A stretch of DNA of 35,040 nt from positions 1-35,040 of the forward strand of contig JAUCBJ010009075.1 in NCBI GenBank assembly GCA_032718475.1, in the 5' to 3' direction. Position numbers and translations under genes: made by a program. Of the stretch, positions 32,104 to 35,040 are shown one piece after another; within the stretch, counting starts at the first letter, position 1, and each line of letters starts with the position of its first letter. The stretch comes from Nemertoderma westbladi (taxonomy: Eukaryota > Animalia > Xenacoelomorpha). Below the pieces are notes generated by a model. It was not told where the DNA came from and did no database searches. It saw only the letters and a list, made by a program, of their open reading frames with translations.

Positions 32104-33219
32104 ATCGACCTGACCCACCACATCAATTCCCTCACTTTCGTTTGTCTGAGATTGACTGGCACGGGTGACAGGACGCTTGAGAAACGCAGAGTCAACGACG
32201 GCACCGCGATATATAACCCAATCTTTTCCTGGTTTCGCTGCAGCCATGGACCGCCGTTCTTGTCGGAGTGAGTACTGCAGTTTGTTCTCAGCCAGGGTGT
32301 AGTCTGGCGTTATATATATATGGCTGTATCTTTGAGACTTTCTTAGATTTCGAGCTTTTTGAAGCAGGAGGAGGCGTTTTTCAGGTGATAGAGTAACAAC
32401 GATTGGTTGTTTATTCTCTCGCAGCCTCCCGACTCGCTTGGTTTTTATTTCAGATTCTTCAAGATTGATATCAATCTCGTTCGCTATATCTATGATAAAG
32501 TGTTTATCATTAGATACCGGTGGATTGCAAGGTCCACCTCTGATCACAATGTTAGAACTTCGTCTCAACTGTTCTGCTTCCTCGTCTTTTATCTGCTTAG
32601 AGAGAAGAGCGAGATTTGACGCATTCGGAGCAACATTACGTTTATTCCGTTTTGATGTAGCTACCTCTATCCAGGCACCATCTTCAACTACCTCCGATAG
32701 CAAGCGTTTTTGATCGTTAGTGTGTGCATTCGTCTGTAGAGATTCTAATTTGCACTCCGTATTGTTGTTTTTAGTTTCATTCTCGTTACACTGCAATTGG
32801 AGTTGTTCTAATTTCTGCTCTAGTAATAGAATATCCTCATCTCTAGAGGTTGTTACCATTTCAAGCCGCGAAAGTTTATCTTGTATCTTCGTATCCAAAT
32901 CTTGGAGATCCTTGGAGAACTTGTTAAAGTATCTCGCAGCGCAACATCCACAATAGAAGTCAACGCGACCCCATTGCGTTCCCGGTTTGGCAATACATAT
33001 TAATGACACTGTACAGTTCGAGCCCGAGCAGCCAACCTCGTATTCCTTCTGGCCATCTTTCCTGTCAGAACTACCGGTATTCGAGTTTTGTTTTCCCGAA
33101 ACACGCGAGTTTTTACTGCCGGTTTCGGAACCACTTACGATACTGCCACGGCGCGATTTATCTACCGCGGTAGTTTGTAGTAGATCTGTGGGCCTACTTG
33201 ACCTGCGATCTGAACTCAT
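32101..33219 (-). CDS. Inner LINE ORF1 (372 aa: Cys-rich segment, coiled coil, L1-type RRM/CTD)
   Basis: ATG in context AAGATGA; CSGSNC...C...FYCGCC; heptad-rich region; RRSSNIVIRG...RVGR...PIVVTL...KARNLR...IYITPDYT. Confidence 0.9.
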   Translation of the reverse strand: MSSDRRSSRPTDLLQTTAVDKSRRGSIVSGSETGSKNSRVSGKQNSNTGSSDRKDGQKEYEVGCSGSNCTVSLICIAKPGTQWGRVDFYCGCCAARYFNKFSKDLQDLDTKIQDKLSRLEMVTTSRDEDILLLEQKLEQLQLQCNENETKNNNTECKLESLQTNAHTNDQKRLLSEVVEDGAWIEVATSKRNKRNVAPNASNLALLSKQIKDEEAEQLRRSSNIVIRGGPCNPPVSNDKHFIIDIANEIDINLEESEIKTKRVGRLRENKQPIVVTLSPEKRLLLLQKARNLRKSQRYSHIYITPDYTLAENKLQYSLRQERRSMAAAKPGKDWVIYRGAVVDSAFLKRPVTRASQSQTNESEGIDVVGQVD

Positions 33220-33400
33220 CTTATATTTCTTCTTCTACGCAATTTTTTTTTTTTTTAACATCTATTTGTTTAGAGTTCTCCTTGGGGTATCAGGGTATAT
33301 CATATATAATATCAATATTTCAGTATATAGCAGGTCAGTAACATAGGCCTACCTGAAGGCAATAGGCGTCTACCATGTCAGTATGTCGACTACAAACTTT

Positions 33401-33994
33401 TGCCTGATCGAGCTCGGTATTCCTGACTTTGAGACTTTAGTCCTGGAAAAACAACGAAAATTCTTAAATAACTTCACTATTGTCGATGATTCCCCTCTAA
33501 AGATAGCTATGGAACTCGTTGAAGTTTCTAAAAGTCCAATGTACCTTTCTATGGAGAGGGTAAGGAAACTGCCCAATAATTACCTTGATCAGCAGCATTC
33601 AAAACTCACGAAATCGGTAGTAACATCAATGACAACAAAACGTCACCTTTATAAACTAATGAACCCTACTACGTCACCACCTCATTTATACTTTGATCCA
33701 AGGGTTCCAGAACGTCATAGGATATCCTGGTCCCGCTTCAGATTAGGCAGCCACAATTTCCCAGTTGAACGAATGCGGTGGGCGAGAGTGAAACCAGAGG
33801 AGCGTTGGTGTCAGTGCGGGGCAATTCAAACTGAACAGCACTTAGTTACGGAGTGTCCTAAAACACTGAAACATAGAACAGAGACAGAGGGGTGTACTGG
33901 AACGGCTTGGAACGATCTGGCTAGTTTATTTGCTTTGGAAAACCAGCCTGCTATAGCCAAAATGATTTATAAAATAAACGGCGAATTTGATTGA
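33401..33994 (+). CDS. Outer LINE ORF2, displaced 3' part (C-terminal CCHC domain)
   Basis: CLIELGIP continues LLGVRPTTCGD(I) from 26223; SRFRLGSHNFPVE...WCQCGAIQTEQHLVTECP. The ORF-track start MSTTNF comes from the antisense 5' end of the inner LINE. Confidence 0.9.
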   Translation, partial: CLIELGIPDFETLVLEKQRKFLNNFTIVDDSPLKIAMELVEVSKSPMYLSMERVRKLPNNYLDQQHSKLTKSVVTSMTTKRHLYKLMNPTTSPPHLYFDPRVPERHRISWSRFRLGSHNFPVERMRWARVKPEERWCQCGAIQTEQHLVTECPKTLKHRTETEGCTGTAWNDLASLFALENQPAIAKMIYKINGEFD

Positions 33995-35040
33995 TATTTT
34001 GAAAGAATTTTCTATTTGAAAGGTTGAACATATTTGGTTTTTGTATCTTAGTTTCATGACAATTTATTTATTTGAAAATTTAAGTAAGTGAAGTTTCTTT
34101 TACGGAGCCCCTGAAGTTTTCATTAGTTTTCGACAATGAATCGATTATTATATATATATATATTATAATAAAAATAAAATAATAGGAAGGCATTTTATAC
34201 AACCATGTTCAGCATGATCCGGTCTCTTAAATATAATTTTGAGTTGAACGAATTATGTTTTTGACAGACCAATATCAAGCAAGTAAAATTATTTGGAAAC
34301 AGAGAAACAACATGTTCCTATCTGTTCAACCGTAAGTAGTCATCGTTTTATTTAAGCAGGGACACAAAGCGCAACCCTGTTTAAATACTGTAAGTAAAAT
34401 TATCACATTGGTTACATTTTTGCATATGTGTTTCGCCGGGATTTGGCTCATCAGCTACACTAACCCGTGCAGGACACATGTTAATCCAACTAACTACACC
34501 AAAACCCAGCTAAACACACTGTAAAAGCCTTTGCTGAATTGCCCCGTTATTTTTATTATCTTTTACATTAAAATACTCTGTAGTTGATTTAATAAGTGTA
34601 AGAGACCGTATTATTACTGTATCGGTGTTTTTAGAGGATCTAAGACTTATTTCCTCCGTATGTGTATTGTGAAAGGTATATTTTATGATTCTATGGCAAT
34701 TTGTGACGCAAAGGAGTGATAGCTACTCTTGAACAGTAGTTACTATGACTACGGTTAACAGCTGACATTCATACGTGTTGATTTCCTTTGTTCTACGGCG
34801 TCTCTCAGCTCAGTCAGCCAATGAGAGCGTTTTTGTGGCTCCTTGTACAGAGAATTTCCGAGAAATGACGAAATGCCTATGTGCAGTGTTTATTCATTCA
34901 GTCTTGAGCCAAAGAAAGAACGGCTTAGAAATATTTTGTGCTGTACTGCTTTTTAGTCGTACACTGGTAGGTTTAATTATAAAAGGGCATATATCCTTTA
35001 ACTGCAAACTGACTACTTGAATATCTCATGCCTATGTGCA

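Larger units (their letters stand above)
26225..33395 (-). mobile_element. Inner, apparently full-length LINE (Rex1/Babar-like, CR1/L2 group), about 7.17 kb
   Basis: 5' UTR of about 175 nt, ORF1, repeat linker, APE-RT ORF2, and a 3' UTR ending in an (AATAT)n-like tail at about 26225-26245. Flanked by ACATTT (26219-26224) and ACTTTT (33396-33401). Removing 7177 bp restores the outer ORF2 in frame. Confidence 0.9.
23188..34183 (+). mobile_element. Outer LINE (Proto2/RTEX-like; ORF1 C-terminal part, APE-RT-CCHC ORF2), 5'-truncated and interrupted by a nested LINE
   Basis: ORF1 part 23189-23770; ORF2 23761-26223 joined to 33401-33994; AT-rich 3' UTR and tail to about 34180 (end approximate). RT motif LLMDDT and C-terminal RLGSH..E..RW......ERWCQC...QTEQHLV.ECP. 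Confidence 0.85.

Noticed and set aside
29063-32113. Plus-strand (EEGGCDAIRVAELIEPVPPR)n ORFs
   Set aside because: Antisense shadows of the linker, broken by TAG variants and lacking ATG starts.
34200-35040. Possible host exon or further element (ORF 34775-35020)
   Set aside because: AT-rich, non-ATG start, and no motif or repeat boundary recognised.

Overview
Eukaryotic, probably marine-invertebrate, repeat-dense DNA with no recognisable host gene and no prokaryotic features. Left to right: the 5' end of an LTR retrotransposon on the minus strand (LTR of about 1.2 kb plus a gag-like ORF running off the window edge, missed by the ORF track); a 2.8-kb TIR-bounded element carrying a 5'-truncated CRE-type (RLE) retrotransposon scrap; several minisatellites; a TA-flanked MITE; a 100-N gap; about 11.3 kb of a near-homogeneous 37-bp satellite; a TATA/CCAAT promoter-like block; a 1.2-kb (CCCTCW)n tract; and two young nested LINEs. 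The outer LINE (+, Proto2/RTEX-like) has an ORF2 with no usable ATG, reachable by a -1 frameshift on G_GGT_TTT just before the ORF1 stop. The inner LINE (-, Rex1/Babar-like, apparently full length) has ORF1 and an ORF2 with no usable ATG in the same frame, separated by a single TGA in the readthrough context TGA-CTA. That stop is followed by about 2.9 kb of in-frame, indel-free 60-bp/20-aa hairpin-forming repeats ahead of the endonuclease. This putative readthrough polyprotein with a repeat linker of about 980 aa is the most unusual system here. Clade assignments rest on motif recall, not database searches.
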